Assembly (NCBI RefSeq): GCF_006345805.1
Contig: NW_021833223.1
Location: 1-38,527 of the forward strand
Source of the DNA: Octopus sinensis
Taxonomy: Eukaryota
Length of the DNA: 38,527 bases
Direction: 5' to 3'
Below the pieces are notes generated by a model. The model was given only the letters and a program-made list of their open reading frames with translations, was not told the DNA's origin and ran no database searches. Made by a program: the position numbers and the translations under genes. This document shows, piece by piece, positions 1 to 11,597 of this stretch (position 1 is the first letter of the stretch; the number at the start of each line of letters is the position of its first letter).

Positions 1-44
1 CAGTCAAATGACTGAAACAAGTAAAAGAGTAAAGAGTAAGAGAG
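1..44 (+). mobile_element. 3' end of tRNA-derived SINE (family A in this window)
   Basis: CAGTCAAATGACTGAAACAAGTAAAAGAGTAAAGAGTA is the reverse complement of the tail of the full copies at 15695-16109, 19735-20150 and 33740-34140. Confidence 0.85.
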
Positions 45-574
45 AATCTGTTTCCCACAAGAACTCCGCAGACGAACGCCGCTGATCACCTGCCTCCAGC
101 ATTCGCTTTCCTGCGTTGCACTTGGTAGTTTTCTCTTCAAAAAATAAAAAAAGTGTCTGGCAGAGCGATCACTTGGTCAATTATTACATTTATGATTCCC
201 ACGTCAGTATTTGACACCATACTTTCACACTGATACGCGTGCTAATACATGGCTAGCAAAAAATATGTATAGACTTGTACCTCTATTCAGACATGTATCT
301 TTGGACGCATGCTCTCTCGATCGTGCTCACTCAAGTACACTGTCACATGCACACGCACACCAACGTAGTTCAATATCTATGGCTGCCAGTTTCTTAAATA
401 AACATACGTCAAATGTTATTTACTTATAGCCATAATGCATATAAATGCAAGCATAACTATAAATCAGGTTGATATGTGTGCATAAATGTGCATATTTACA
501 ACCATTTATATATGCATCAATACATATCTAGATAGATATATACATATCTATATAAATGTCGTTAGCTACTACAC

Positions 575-737
575 GCATTTTTTCTCTCCTTGTTTTTTTT
601 CTGTGTATCTTTCTGTGGAAGATCGTAGGCTCGAAACGTTCAAGACTTTTTCTATTCCTGAGCGCTATACTAATATATTTGTTTGTTTGTACACCACCTG
701 TCTTCGTCATTTGTTTATTTTCGTAAACTTTCCCTTT
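575..737 (+). mobile_element. Short non-autonomous Penelope-type repeat with degenerate minimal hammerhead motif (608-645)
   Basis: TCTTT-CTGTGGA-A-GATC-GTAG-GCTC-GAAA-CGTT-CAAGA. Same family as 22495-22670, 26551-26720 (minus) and 32686-32780. Ends in a (TA)n tract. Confidence 0.7.
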
Positions 738-758
738 ATATATATATATGTATATATA

Positions 759-811
<53 letters not shown>
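738..811. repeat. (TA)n microsatellite
   Basis: Direct reading. Explains the YI-rich ORFs 486..812 and 707..922. Confidence 0.97.
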
Positions 812-813
<2 letters not shown>

Positions 814-949
814 CAAAACGGAAAATGGAACAAGAACGTAATAGGCGGCAACAAAACTTTTGGACAGTAGGTGTTACAAAAGAGGATGGGAAAAACAAAG
901 ACGGATCATTCGAAGCTTTCAATCTTCAGTCGAGAATCAGATCGTCTTT

Positions 950-1190
950 GCAGTTTCGGCAGATTAATCTCCAGACTGCTCTAATCTGGCCGGCCCCAAG
1001 GAAATCTAAGCTAAGAGTACTATATTCTTTGGAAGAACGCAAGCGAATGTATATGAAAACAAGGACGAAAATAAATAAGTGGAGGAATGGTACTCAATGG
1101 CAAATACAAACAACAGGTGGGTAGTGACAAATCTCCCAAAGCAGAGCAGTTGACAGCGTGTTGTGAGAAGACACCAGGAATCTGCAGAGA
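950..1190 (+). mobile_element. Highly degraded RTE-clade LINE ORF C-terminal remnant
   Basis: With frameshifts reads ...SLEERKR...KWR.G...ANTNNRWV, resembling the RTE motif KWRWAGHVAR..DNRW. Weak match by eye only. Confidence 0.35.
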
Positions 1191-1789
1191 CTGTTGTTAA
1201 TAAATCCATCTACGTCAAAGTTAGGCAAACTTATTTCGTTGATTCATAAAATCGCTACCTTACCGACCTCTAAAGTTCTAAATTAAAATTAAAAAGTGTA
1301 ATTAAAAATCAAAATTACTTTATTCAAAAATAATAATTCTATCATGTTTTTTGTGTCAAAACCGCTTTTTGATAAATATTTAAAGAAATTTCGTGAAAAT
1401 GCTCGAAGAAATTAATAAAAGCCAATAAAATTTCGGTCATATTTTATTGATATAATCAGAATATTTAATGTGAAATATCTGTTTGGTGAATATTAGCCAT
1501 GGCATCAATATTTGGCTGGAAATTAATGAGCTTTAGTTTTAAATTACCGCGCCCTTCCAGATTCAGTCTGCTAATAATTCAGCAACTTAAATGCTTAAAT
1601 TTTTTAGAGGAGCTTATCGACTCCTTGCATAGCTACATAACTTCTAGGCGCCAATATTGTCCACATTCCGATTCCTGCTATATGTACAGATTTAGTGTTG
1701 CTACAGTAAGTGACTTTCAAACATCTGCCAAACGTAAAACATCCTCTAAGAATTCATAAATTATGAGCATGTATGATAGTCTTTTATTA

Positions 1790-1955
1790 GGAATGAGAAC
1801 CCAGGTTCGAAATATCCCCCAAGACACCTGATGAAGCCTGGAGGATATATCAGCCGAAAAGTTGTGTTAACAACAAACAAGACGAGGACAAATATCCGTC
1901 GAATATAAATAATGTAAATAATGTATATAATTCCTATTTCTCTTAAATATAGAAC
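1790..1955 (+). mobile_element. Short Penelope-type repeat with minimal type I hammerhead (1823-1868)
   Basis: GACAC-CTGATGA-A-GCCTG-(10 nt)-CAGCC-GAAA-AGTT-GTGTT. Stem I GACAC/GUGUU, stem II 4 of 5 pairs, A in place of the usual C after GAAA. Confidence 0.7.
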
Positions 1956-2653
1956 TTGAGAATTATGAAGTTTCTATGCGTAAGAGAACCTTGAAGTATG
2001 TCCTACTCAGAAGGTTAACAACAAAAATGGATGAAGGAATTTGTGCCAATGAAAACCAGGTTTGTTCCTGGGATACTTCGAACAACCTTCAGTGATATCC
2101 ACCATTTTCAAATAATTTTTTTTTTTTTGTTATACTTTGTCCTTCAAAGTTGTGGCAATCGACTAGAGTCTATTTATTAATATTTATCTTTCCTTATCAC
2201 TGATGTCGGGCTTTTTGCTTGATATAAATCCCAACTCTCTCATAAACTTCCTTCTTATACTGTTCCAAACTTCCATGGCCTGCAAGGACACACATTCGTA
2301 GCCACGTAGTTACGACACAATAATCTCCACCACAGAGCTTCATTCGAACCCAAAAACAGATACAGGCGGACAGAGTTTAGAACAGCGGGAAGTAGAATAA
2401 AATCGTTATACATTGTAGTAAATTGTAGTGTATGAAAACATAGATTCTATTGGAGGATTTCGAGTGACTGAAATATTTTCATCGTCCAGAATAAAGTGTG
2501 TTGTAAGCCTGAAGGCAATAAAATATTCCATTATATCAAATATTCACAGTATTGAAACAAGAAAAATCAGCGTTCGCGAAGGTCTTGCATTAATTTACGT
2601 CAGTGGAAGATTTAAGTTCAAATTTGCCGAGTATCCACTTCACATGCTATAGA

Positions 2654-2677
2654 ATATATATATATATATATATATAC

Positions 2678-2775
<98 letters not shown>
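2654..2775. repeat. (TA)n microsatellite
   Basis: Direct reading. Confidence 0.97.
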
Positions 2776-2776
<1 letters not shown>

Positions 2777-3305
2777 CCTTCAGCCAGAGAAGTCACTTTA
2801 TTCGAAAATAACCTGTCGGCTTCATTCTGTGACCTTAAAACAATGCTGCATAATGCCATCTCCCTCTTAAGGTATATTCCTCATGCATATGTAAGTATGT
2901 ATGCGTGCAACTTTTTTGTGTGTGTTTGTGTCTGTGTGTGTGGAGACTAGGTTTTGTTAAGAATTATTAAACAAGGAACTGTCCATTCATACATATTGTA
3001 GTTTTGCATCTCTCAACTAAATGCTTTTATATAACTTATATCTACCTGTACATAACCTATGTGTCTGAATTCAATTCTAAAACAGTTGTGACGTCAAGGA
3101 ACAATAAATTGCCCGTTTTCTTTTAGTGTTTTTCTTGGAGCAACATATCTTGGCTTATCTTAGCAATAGTTAAACTGTTTTCCCCGACAGATTTTGATAT
3201 CTATAGGGAAACGCAACCTTTGTTTGTCTCTGGCATTGTTTAGTGAAGTCAATCTTTCTTCAAATTTCGTCTCACAACTACTCAGTTTAAAGTGGTTATA
3301 ATTTA

Positions 3306-3718
3306 GGCGCAGATGTGGCCGTGTACGGAAATAAAGTTTGCTTTCCAGTCACATGGTTCCGGGTTCAGACGCTCTGCGTAGCACCTTGGGCAAGTCTTCT
3401 ACTATAGCCTCGTGTTGACCAAAGCCTTATGAGTTGTATATACAAATGTATACTAGAATGCAGGACTTAGTGTCTCTTTTTGTACTCCACCACCGCTTGG
3501 CAATCGGACTGCAGCGTGTCCATCCCCGTAACTTAGCGGTTCAGCCTGAGAGACCGATAGAATAAGTACCAGGCTTTATATAAATGGGTACTTTGGTTGG
3601 TTCGTTCGACTGGAATTCTGTTCATTACATATGCGTTTGAATTCAATTCAAAATTCCTCGAGATGGTGCTCCAGCATGGTAGCAATACAATAAATGAAAC
3701 AAGTAAGAAATGAAAGAT
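3306..3718 (+). mobile_element. Diverged full-length tRNA-derived SINE (family A)
   Basis: GGCGCAGATGTGGCCGTG head, B-box-like GGTTCAG, CORE-like CCTTGGGCAAGTCTT, 3' GGTGCTCCAGCATGG...GAAACAAGTAAGA. Colinear with the reverse complement of 15695-16109. Confidence 0.85.
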
Positions 3719-3952
3719 AAGTTTCCATTGCCACAGCCCCCATCCCATAAATCTTTCTTATTTCTTAAAAGATAATTCGGTCATTATATCATTCCCTCAG
3801 TATGTTTCTCATTTAGCTTAATCCAGGGTTGTTAGATTAGCAACACTTATGTACCTAGTCATATATTCACAGAAATAGTTTTATTTGATGCGATCGATTT
3901 TCAATACAAAATTAGATTCAATACCAATGCAAAATTGCCAGAAACGCATTCG

Positions 3953-4409
3953 GAGAGTAGTCCAGAAGCTGGCTACCCGCATTGTTCATGGTCTCAAAAA
4001 TGTGTCCTATGAAGAAAGGCTGAGGACGCTCGACCTTTATTCTCTAGAAAAACACCGCCGCCGTGGTGATCTCATTCTCGCCCACAGCATCATAAGTGGA
4101 AAGTGTAACCTCTCGAAAGAGCTGTTCTTCACTCCTGCTCCAGGGCGTCGGCTGCGGGGTCATTCCGAAAAGCTCTACCTGCGACGATTTCATCTCAATC
4201 GAAGGAGAGGAGCTTTCTCCGTCCGGGTTGCGGATCCGTGGAATAAGCTGCCAGACGAGATGGTGAAGATGCCGACGACCGCTTTGTTCAAAGCCTCCCT
4301 TGACCTCAAGTGGCCTGAACTCTTTACATGAACACCACGCTGTACGTAACTCCATGTCCCCCTACATGGCTTTGCTATTTGCTTTTGAGCCAAATTAACT
4401 AACTAACTA
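3953..4409 (+). mobile_element. 5'-truncated CR1-clade LINE: ORF2 C-terminus, 3' UTR stem-loop and (AACT)n tail
   Basis: ORF 3885..4331 contains VQKLATRIVHGLKNVSYEERLRTLDLYSLEKHRRRGDLI, RLRGHSEKL and FSVRVADPWNKLP, typical of the CR1 ORF2 C-terminus. Hairpin CCATGT-CCCCCT-ACATGG at 4352-4369. Tail AACTAACTAACT. Confidence 0.92.
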
Positions 4410-4538
4410 GTAAAATTGGAAACATAGAGAGAGCAAGGAATGACTAAAGAATATCCTCTTTTGCCTCGTTATTGATGCTTCCAAGGCAAAAACAAAATAA
4501 ACTCCTGTAGAATTCTTGTAATACTTTTGAGAGAAAGA

Positions 4539-4955
4539 AGGCGGCGCGGCGAGCTGGCAGAAACGTTAGCACGCCGGGCGAAATGCTTAGCGGTATTTCG
4601 TCTGCCGTTACGTTGTGAGTTCAAATTCCGCCGAGGTCGATTTTGCCTTTCATCCTTCCGGGGTCGATAAATTAAGTACCAGTTACGCACTGGGGTCGAT
4701 ATAATCGACTTAATCCGTATGTCTGTCCTTGTTTGTCTCCTCTGTGTTTAGCCCCTTGTGGGTAGTAAAGAAATAGGTATCCGTTTGTCTGTCCTTGTTT
4801 GTCTCCTCTGTGTTTAGCCCCTTGTGGGCAGTAAAGAAATTGGTATTTCGTCTGCCGCTACGTTCTGAGTTAAAATTTCGCCGAGGTCGACTTTGCTTTT
4901 CATCCTTTCAGGGTCGATTAAATAAATACCAGTTACGCACTGGGGTCGATATAAT
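4539..4955 (+). mobile_element. tRNA-derived SINE (family B) with internal tandem duplication
   Basis: A-box-like TGGCAGAAACG, B-box GAGTTCAAATTCC. 4715-4780 repeated at 4781-4846, then 4592-4705 repeated at 4842-4955. Confidence 0.85.
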
Positions 4956-5663
4956 GGTAGGCAAATTCATTATGTAAAAAATAGGCATTCGGTCAAGACT
5001 AAAACTGTGAAGGCTTGACAATGACTTTGGCAAAAACGCAAGCAAATTTTATTGTGAATTTGTTGTTATAAGTAGATTTTACTGCAATATATAACTAATT
5101 TTTGTATTATTCTACTTAATGTACTAACTATGACAACTGTTATTTTAATAACATATTTTCAAATTTCTAATTGCTAATTTTTAAAAATGAAAAATTTTAA
5201 AGTGCAAAAATATTTTAATTAAGTTATTTTTAATTTTTAATAGAAGTAACAGGTAATAACAAATGGAAGTAGTGACTCGTAATAAAATTTTCAGTTTTAA
5301 TAAATGCTAACATTTTCTAAATCTAAATATTAGCTTTTATTAAAACTAAAGAATTTATTACTACTTTTATTTGTTATTAATCGTCGCTTCTAATAAAAAG
5401 AACAGAGTTAAAATATTTTTTGCATTTTAAAAATATTCCTTTTTTTAAAATTATTAATTAATAATTAGAAATTTGACAATAGGTTATAAAGATATTTTCT
5501 TTGAACTTTTATCCTTAGCTACAATATTTTAAATAAAATTGCCTTGTTCTGTACTTTACCAGGTGTAATAAATTGTCCTCTACTTTTCTAAATGTAATAA
5601 CTTCTCTTGTACTTTTACAGGTTTACAATCTTAATTATTATTCTTGCTCGCATTTGTCCATGT

Positions 5664-5664
5664 C

Positions 5665-5749
<85 letters not shown>

Positions 5750-5788
5750 TGTATGTATGTATGTATGTATGTATTTATGTATATATAT
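5664..5788. repeat. Compound (TA)n(TG)n(TATG)n microsatellite
   Basis: Direct reading. Confidence 0.97.
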
Positions 5789-5791
5789 GGT

Positions 5792-6046
5792 GGAGGCGCG
5801 TGGCCTAGTGTTTAGGGTGTCAGCATCATGATCATAAGATTGTGGTTTCCATTCCTGGACCAGGCGACGCGTTATGTTCTTGAGCAAAACACTTCATTTC
5901 ACGTTGCTCCAGTCCACTCATCCGGCAAAAATGAGTAACGCTTCAATGGACTGGGGTTCCGTCCATCTGGGGAACACATACACCATTGAAACCGGGAAAC
6001 CGAGCCCATGAGCCTAGTTAGGCTTTAAAAGGGTGCATTTATTTAT
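5792..6046 (+). mobile_element. tRNA-derived SINE (family C) with CORE-like segment
   Basis: GGAGGCGCGTGGCCTAGTG head and TTCTTGAGCAAAACACTTCATTTCACGTTGCTCCAG central segment shared with 17417-17738. Confidence 0.85.
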
Positions 6047-6066
6047 ATCATATATATTATATATAT

Positions 6067-6107
<41 letters not shown>
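6047..6107. repeat. (TA)n tract, left flank of the ribozyme array
   Basis: Direct reading. Last ATAT overlaps the unit consensus. Confidence 0.95.
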
Positions 6108-6109
<2 letters not shown>

Positions 6110-6226
6110 CGATTTAGGAGTGACCCTAACAGGTCACTCGTCCACCAGAAGAGCAGCCACAACTCACACCGCCAAGTAGTAAAATTCCAAATTAGGTGAA
6201 AATTTAAAAACATTTACCCTAATTCT

Positions 6227-6327
6227 TCTTTTAGACGTTGCAACGTTTCTGTGTCATTAATGATTAAATTAGCTTAATTAAATTAAATTAAGCCAATCTA
6301 CCATAGGTACACTTCATCAGTAAAAGA
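6227..6327 (-). ncRNA. Type I hammerhead ribozyme, unit 1 of the array
   Basis: Minus strand reads UCUUUUA-CUGAUGA-A-GUGU...ACAC-A-GAAA-CGUUGCAACGUC-UAAAAGA. Confidence 0.85.
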
Positions 6328-9300
6328 CCTGGGAGAGACAAATATACACGAGGCGTCTGTATAGATGCCTACGGGATATCTGACTTAAAATTTCAAGACT
6401 GACGTATTCGCGCCAAACTTATCAACAGTAAATATAAACTGCCGATTCAATCTCAGAATTATTCAGAAAATTATCAATTAGTCAATTTAGGGTAGCAAAA
6501 AATTCAATAGAAATTTATCGCAACCAGCGGCCTGGTGAAAAAACGATGGTGAAAAAGAGAAAATAGTCATCGACAATATATAAATATAACGATTAGGATT
6601 GACCCTAACAGGTCACTCGTTCCACCAGAAAGAGCGCAGCACAACTCACACCGCCAAGTAGTTAGTAATTCAGAAATTAGGTGAAAATTTAAAAACATTT
6701 ACCCTAATTCTTCTTTTAGACGTTGCAACGTTTCTGTGTCATTAATGATTAAATTAGCTTAATTAAATTAAATTAAGCCAATCTACCATAGGTTACACTT
6801 CATCAGTAAAAGACCTGGGAGAGACAAATATACACGAGGCGTCTGTATAGATGCCTACGGGATATCTGACTTAAAATTTTCAAGACTGATGACGTATTCG
6901 CGCCAAACTTATCAAAAAGTAAATATAAACTGCCGATTCAATATCTCAGAATTATTCAGAAAATTATCAATTAGTCAATTTAGGGTAGCAAAAAATTCAA
7001 TAGAAATTTTCGCAACCAGCGGCCTGGTGAAAAAAAAGAGAAAATAGTCATCGACTAAATATATAAATATAACGATTTAGGATTGACCCTAAAAGGTCAC
7101 TCGTCCACCAGAAAGAGCAGCCACAACTCACACCGCCAAGTATTAGTAATTCAGAAATTAGGTGAAAATTTAAAAACATTTACCCTAATTCTTCTTTTAG
7201 ACGTTGCAACGTTTCTGTGTCATTAATGATTAAATTAGCTTAATTAAATTAAATAAGCCAATCTACCATAGGTTACACTTCATAGTTAAAAGACCTGGGA
7301 GAGACAAAAATATACACGAGGCGTCTGTATAGATGCCTACGGGATATCTGACTTAAAATTTTCAAGACTGACGTATTCGCGCCAAACTTATCAACAGTGT
7401 AAATATAAACTGCCGATTCAATCTCAGAATTATTCAGAAAATTATCAATTAGTCAATTTAGGGTAGCAAAAAATTCAATAGAAATTTATCGCAACCAGCG
7501 GCTGGGCCTGGTTGAAAAAGAGAAAATAGTCATCGACCTAAATATATAAATATAACGATTTAGGAGTGACCCTAACAGGTCACTCGTCCACCAGAAAGAG
7601 CAGCCACAACTCACACCGCCAAGTATTAGTAATTCAGAAATTAGGTGAAAATTTAAAAACATTTACCCTAATTCTTCTTTTAGACGTTGCAACGTTTCTG
7701 TGTCATTCTGGTGTCATAATGATTAAATTAGCTTAATTAAATTACATTAAGCCAATCTACCATAGGTTACACTTCATCAGTAAAAGACCTGGGAGAGAGA
7801 GACAAATATACACGAGGCGTCTGTAGAGATGCCTACGGGATATCTGACTTAAAATTTTCAAGACTGACGTATTCGCGCCAAACTTATCAACAGTAAATAT
7901 AAACTGCCGATTCAATCTCAGAATTATTCAGAAAATTATCAATTAGTCAATTTAGGGTAGCAAAAAATTCAATAGAAATTTATCGCAACCAGCGCCCCCC
8001 TGGTGGTGAAAAAGAGAAAATAGTCATCGACTAAATATATAAATATAACGATTAGGAGTGACCCTAACAGGTCACTCGTCCACCAGAAAGAGCAGCCACA
8101 ACTCACACCGCCAAGTATAGTAATTCAGAAATTAGGTGAAAATTTAAAAACATTTACCCTAATTCTTCTTTTAGACGTTGCAACGTTTCTGTGTCATTAA
8201 TGATTAAATTAGCTTAATTAAATTAAATTAAGCCAATCTACCTAGGTTACACTTCATCAGTAAAAGACCTGGGAGGAGAGACAAATATACACGAGGCGTC
8301 TGTATAGATGCCTACGGGATATCTGACTTAAAATTTTCAAGACTGACGTATTCGCGCCAAACTTATCAACAGTAAATATAAACTGCCGATTCAATCTCAG
8401 AATATTCAGAAAATTATCAATTAGTCAATTTAGGGTAGCAAAAAATTCAATAGAATTTATCGCAACCAGCGGCCTGGTGAAAAAGAGAAAATAGTCATCG
8501 ACTAAATATATAAATATAACGATTTAGGAGTGACCCTAACAGGTCACTCGTTCCACCAGAAAGAGCAGCCACAACTCACACCGCCAAGTATTAGTAATTC
8601 AGAATTAGGTGAAAATTTAAAAACATTTACCCTAATTCTTCTTTGACGTTGACGTTGCAACGTTTCTGTGTCATTAATGATTAAATTAGCTTAATTAAAT
8701 TAAATTAAGCCAATTACCTAGGTTACACTCATCAGTAAAAGAACTGGGAGAGACAAATATACACGAGGCGTCTGTATAGATTGCCTACGGGATATCTGAC
8801 TTAAAATTTTCAAGACTGACGTATTCGCGCCAAACTTATCAACAGTAATATAAACTGCCGATTCAATCTCAGAATTATTCAGAAAATTATCAATTAGTCA
8901 ATTTAGGGTAGCAAAAAATTCAATAGAAATTATCGCAACCAGCGGCCTGGTAGAAAAAGAGAAAATAGTCATCGACTAAATATATAAATATAACGATTTA
9001 GGAGTGACCCTAACAGGTCACTCGTCCACCAGAAAGAGCAGCCACAACTCACACCGCCAAGTATTAGTAATTCAGAAATTAGGTGAAAATTTAAAAAACA
9101 TTTACCCTAATTCTTCTTTTAGACGTTGCAACGTTTCTGTGTCATTAATGATTAAATTAGCTTAATTAAATTAAATAAGCAAATCTACCATAGGTTACAC
9201 TTCATCAGTAAAAGGACCTGGGAGAGACAAATATACACGAGGCGTCTGTATATGTATGCCTACGGGATATATGACTTAAAATTTTCAAGACTGACGTTAT

Positions 9301-11007
9301 TCGCGCCAAACTTATCAACAGTAATATAAACTGCCGATTCAATCTCAGAATTAGTAGAGAAAATTACAATTAGTCAATTTAGGGTAGCAAAAAATTCAAT
9401 AGAAATTTATCGCAACCAGCGGCCTGGTGAAAAAGAGAAAATAGTCATCGACTAAATATATAAATATAACGATTTAGGAGTGACCCTAACAGGTCACTCG
9501 TCCACCAGAAAGAGCAGCAGCCAACACTCACACCGCAAAGTATTAGTAATTCAGAAATTAGGTGAAAATTAAAAACATTTACCCTAATTCTTCTTTTAGG
9601 ACGTTGCAACGTTTCTGTCATTAATGATTAAATTAGCTTAATTAAATTAAATTAAGCCAATCTACCATAGGTGACACTTCATCAGTAAAAGACCTGGGAG
9701 AGAGAGACAAATATAACGAGGCGTCTGTATAGATGCCTACGGGATATCTGACTTAAAATTTTCAAGACTGACGTTATTCGCGCCAAACTTATCAACAGTA
9801 AATATAAACTGCCGATTCAATCTCAGAATTATTCAGAAAATTATCAATAGTCAATTTAGGGTAGCAAAAAATTCAATAGAAATTATCGCAACCAGCGGCC
9901 CCTGGTGAAAAAGAGAAAATAGTCATCGACTAAATATATAATAAAACGATTTAGGAGTGACCCTAACAGGTCACTCGTCACCAGAAAGAGCACCCACAAC
10001 TCACACCGCCAAGTATTAGTAATTCAGAAAATTAGGTGAAAATTTAAAAACATTTACCCTAATTCTCTTTTAGACGTTGCAACGTTCTGTGTCATTAATG
10101 ATTAAATTAGCTTAATTAAATTAATTAAGCCAATTTACCATAGGTATACTTCATCAGTAAAAGACCTGGGAGAGACAAATATACACGAGGCGTCTGTATA
10201 GATGCCTACGGGATATCTGACTTAAAATTTTCAAGACTGACGTATTCGCGCCAAACTTATCAACAGTAAATATAAACTGCCGATTCAATCTCAGAATTAT
10301 TCAGAAAATTATCAATTAGTCAATTTAGGGTAGCAAAAAATTCAATAGAAATTTATCGCAACCAGCGGCCGGTGAAAAAGAGAAAATAGTCATCGACTAA
10401 ATATATAAATATAACGATTTAGGAGTGACCCTAACAGGTCACTCGTCACCAGAAGAGCAGCCACAACTCACACACCACACACGCCAAGTATTAGTAATTC
10501 AGAAATTAGGTGAAAATTTAAAAACATTTACCCTAATTCTTCTTTTAGACGTTGCACGTTTCTGTCATTAATGATTAAATTAGCTAATTAAATTAAATAA
10601 GCCAATCTACCATAGGTTACACTTCAATCCTAAAAGACCTGGGAGAGACAAATATACACGAGGCGTCTGTATAGATGCCTACGGGATATCTGACTTAAAA
10701 TTTTCAAGACTGACGTATTCGCGCCAAACTTATCAACAGTAAATATAAACTGCCGATCACATCTCAGATTATTCAGAAAATTATCAATTAGTCAATTTAG
10801 GGTAGCAAAAAATTCAATAGAAATTTATCGCAACCAGCGGCCTGGTGAAAAAGAGAAAATAGTCATCGACTAAATATATAAATATAACGATTTAGGAGTG
10901 ACCCTAACAGGTCACTCGTCCACCAGAAAGAGCAGCCACAACTCACACCGCCAAGTATTAGTAATTCAGAAATTAGGTGAAAATTTAAAAACATTTACCC
11001 TAATTCT

Positions 11008-11109
11008 TCTTTTAGACGTTGCAACGTTTCTGTGTCATTAATGATTAAATTAGCTTAATTAAATTAAATTAAGCCAATCTACCATAGGTTACACTTCATC
11101 AGTAAAAGA
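11008..11109 (-). ncRNA. Type I hammerhead ribozyme, unit 11 (consensus-like)
   Basis: Same motif. Stem I UCUUUUA/UAAAAGA, predicted cleavage between 11015 and 11014 on the minus strand (GUC|U). Confidence 0.87.
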
Positions 11110-11597
11110 CCTGGGAGAGACAAATATACACGAGGCGTCTGTATAGATGCCTACGGGATATCTGACTTAAAATTTAATTAAGCTAATTTAATCATTAATG
11201 ACACAGAAACGTTGCAACGTCTAAAAGAAGAATTAGGGTAAATGTTTTTAAATTTTCACCTAATTTCTGAATTACTAATACTTGGCGGTGTGAGGTTGTG
11301 GCTGCTCTTTCTGGTGGACGAGTGACCTGTTAGGGTCACTCCTAAATCGTTATATTTATATATTTAGTCGATGACTATTTTCTCTTTTTCACCAGGCCGC
11401 TTTGCGATAAATTTCTATTGAATTTTTTGCTACCCTAAATTGACTAATTGATAATTTTCTGAATATTCTGAGATTGAATCGGCAGTTTATATTTACTGTT
11501 GATAAGTTTGGCGCGAATACGTCAGTCTTGAAAATTTTAAGTCAGATATCCCGTAGGCATCTATACAGACGCCTCGTGTATATTTGTCTCTCCCAGG

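Larger units (their letters stand above)
6104..11175 (-). repeat. Tandem array, left arm: ~10.7 copies of a ~473-bp hammerhead-containing unit (retrozyme-like)
   Basis: Marker AACGATTTAGG recurs at 6108, 6588, 7071, 7554, 8047, 8518, 8992, 9468, 9945, 10413 and 10886 (periods 468-493; hand consensus 473). Each unit has the HHR on the minus strand. Confidence 0.97.

Noticed and set aside
4044-4393. Minus-strand ORFs of 103 and 67 aa
   Set aside because: Antisense shadows of the CR1 ORF2 fragment.
6108-11175. Unit-to-unit differences as evidence of diversification or higher-order structure
   Set aside because: Differences are mostly scattered 1-4 nt indels and short stutters, not shared between neighbours or mirrored between arms. 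This is the pattern of under-polished long-read sequence, so the broken ribozyme copies may be intact in vivo.
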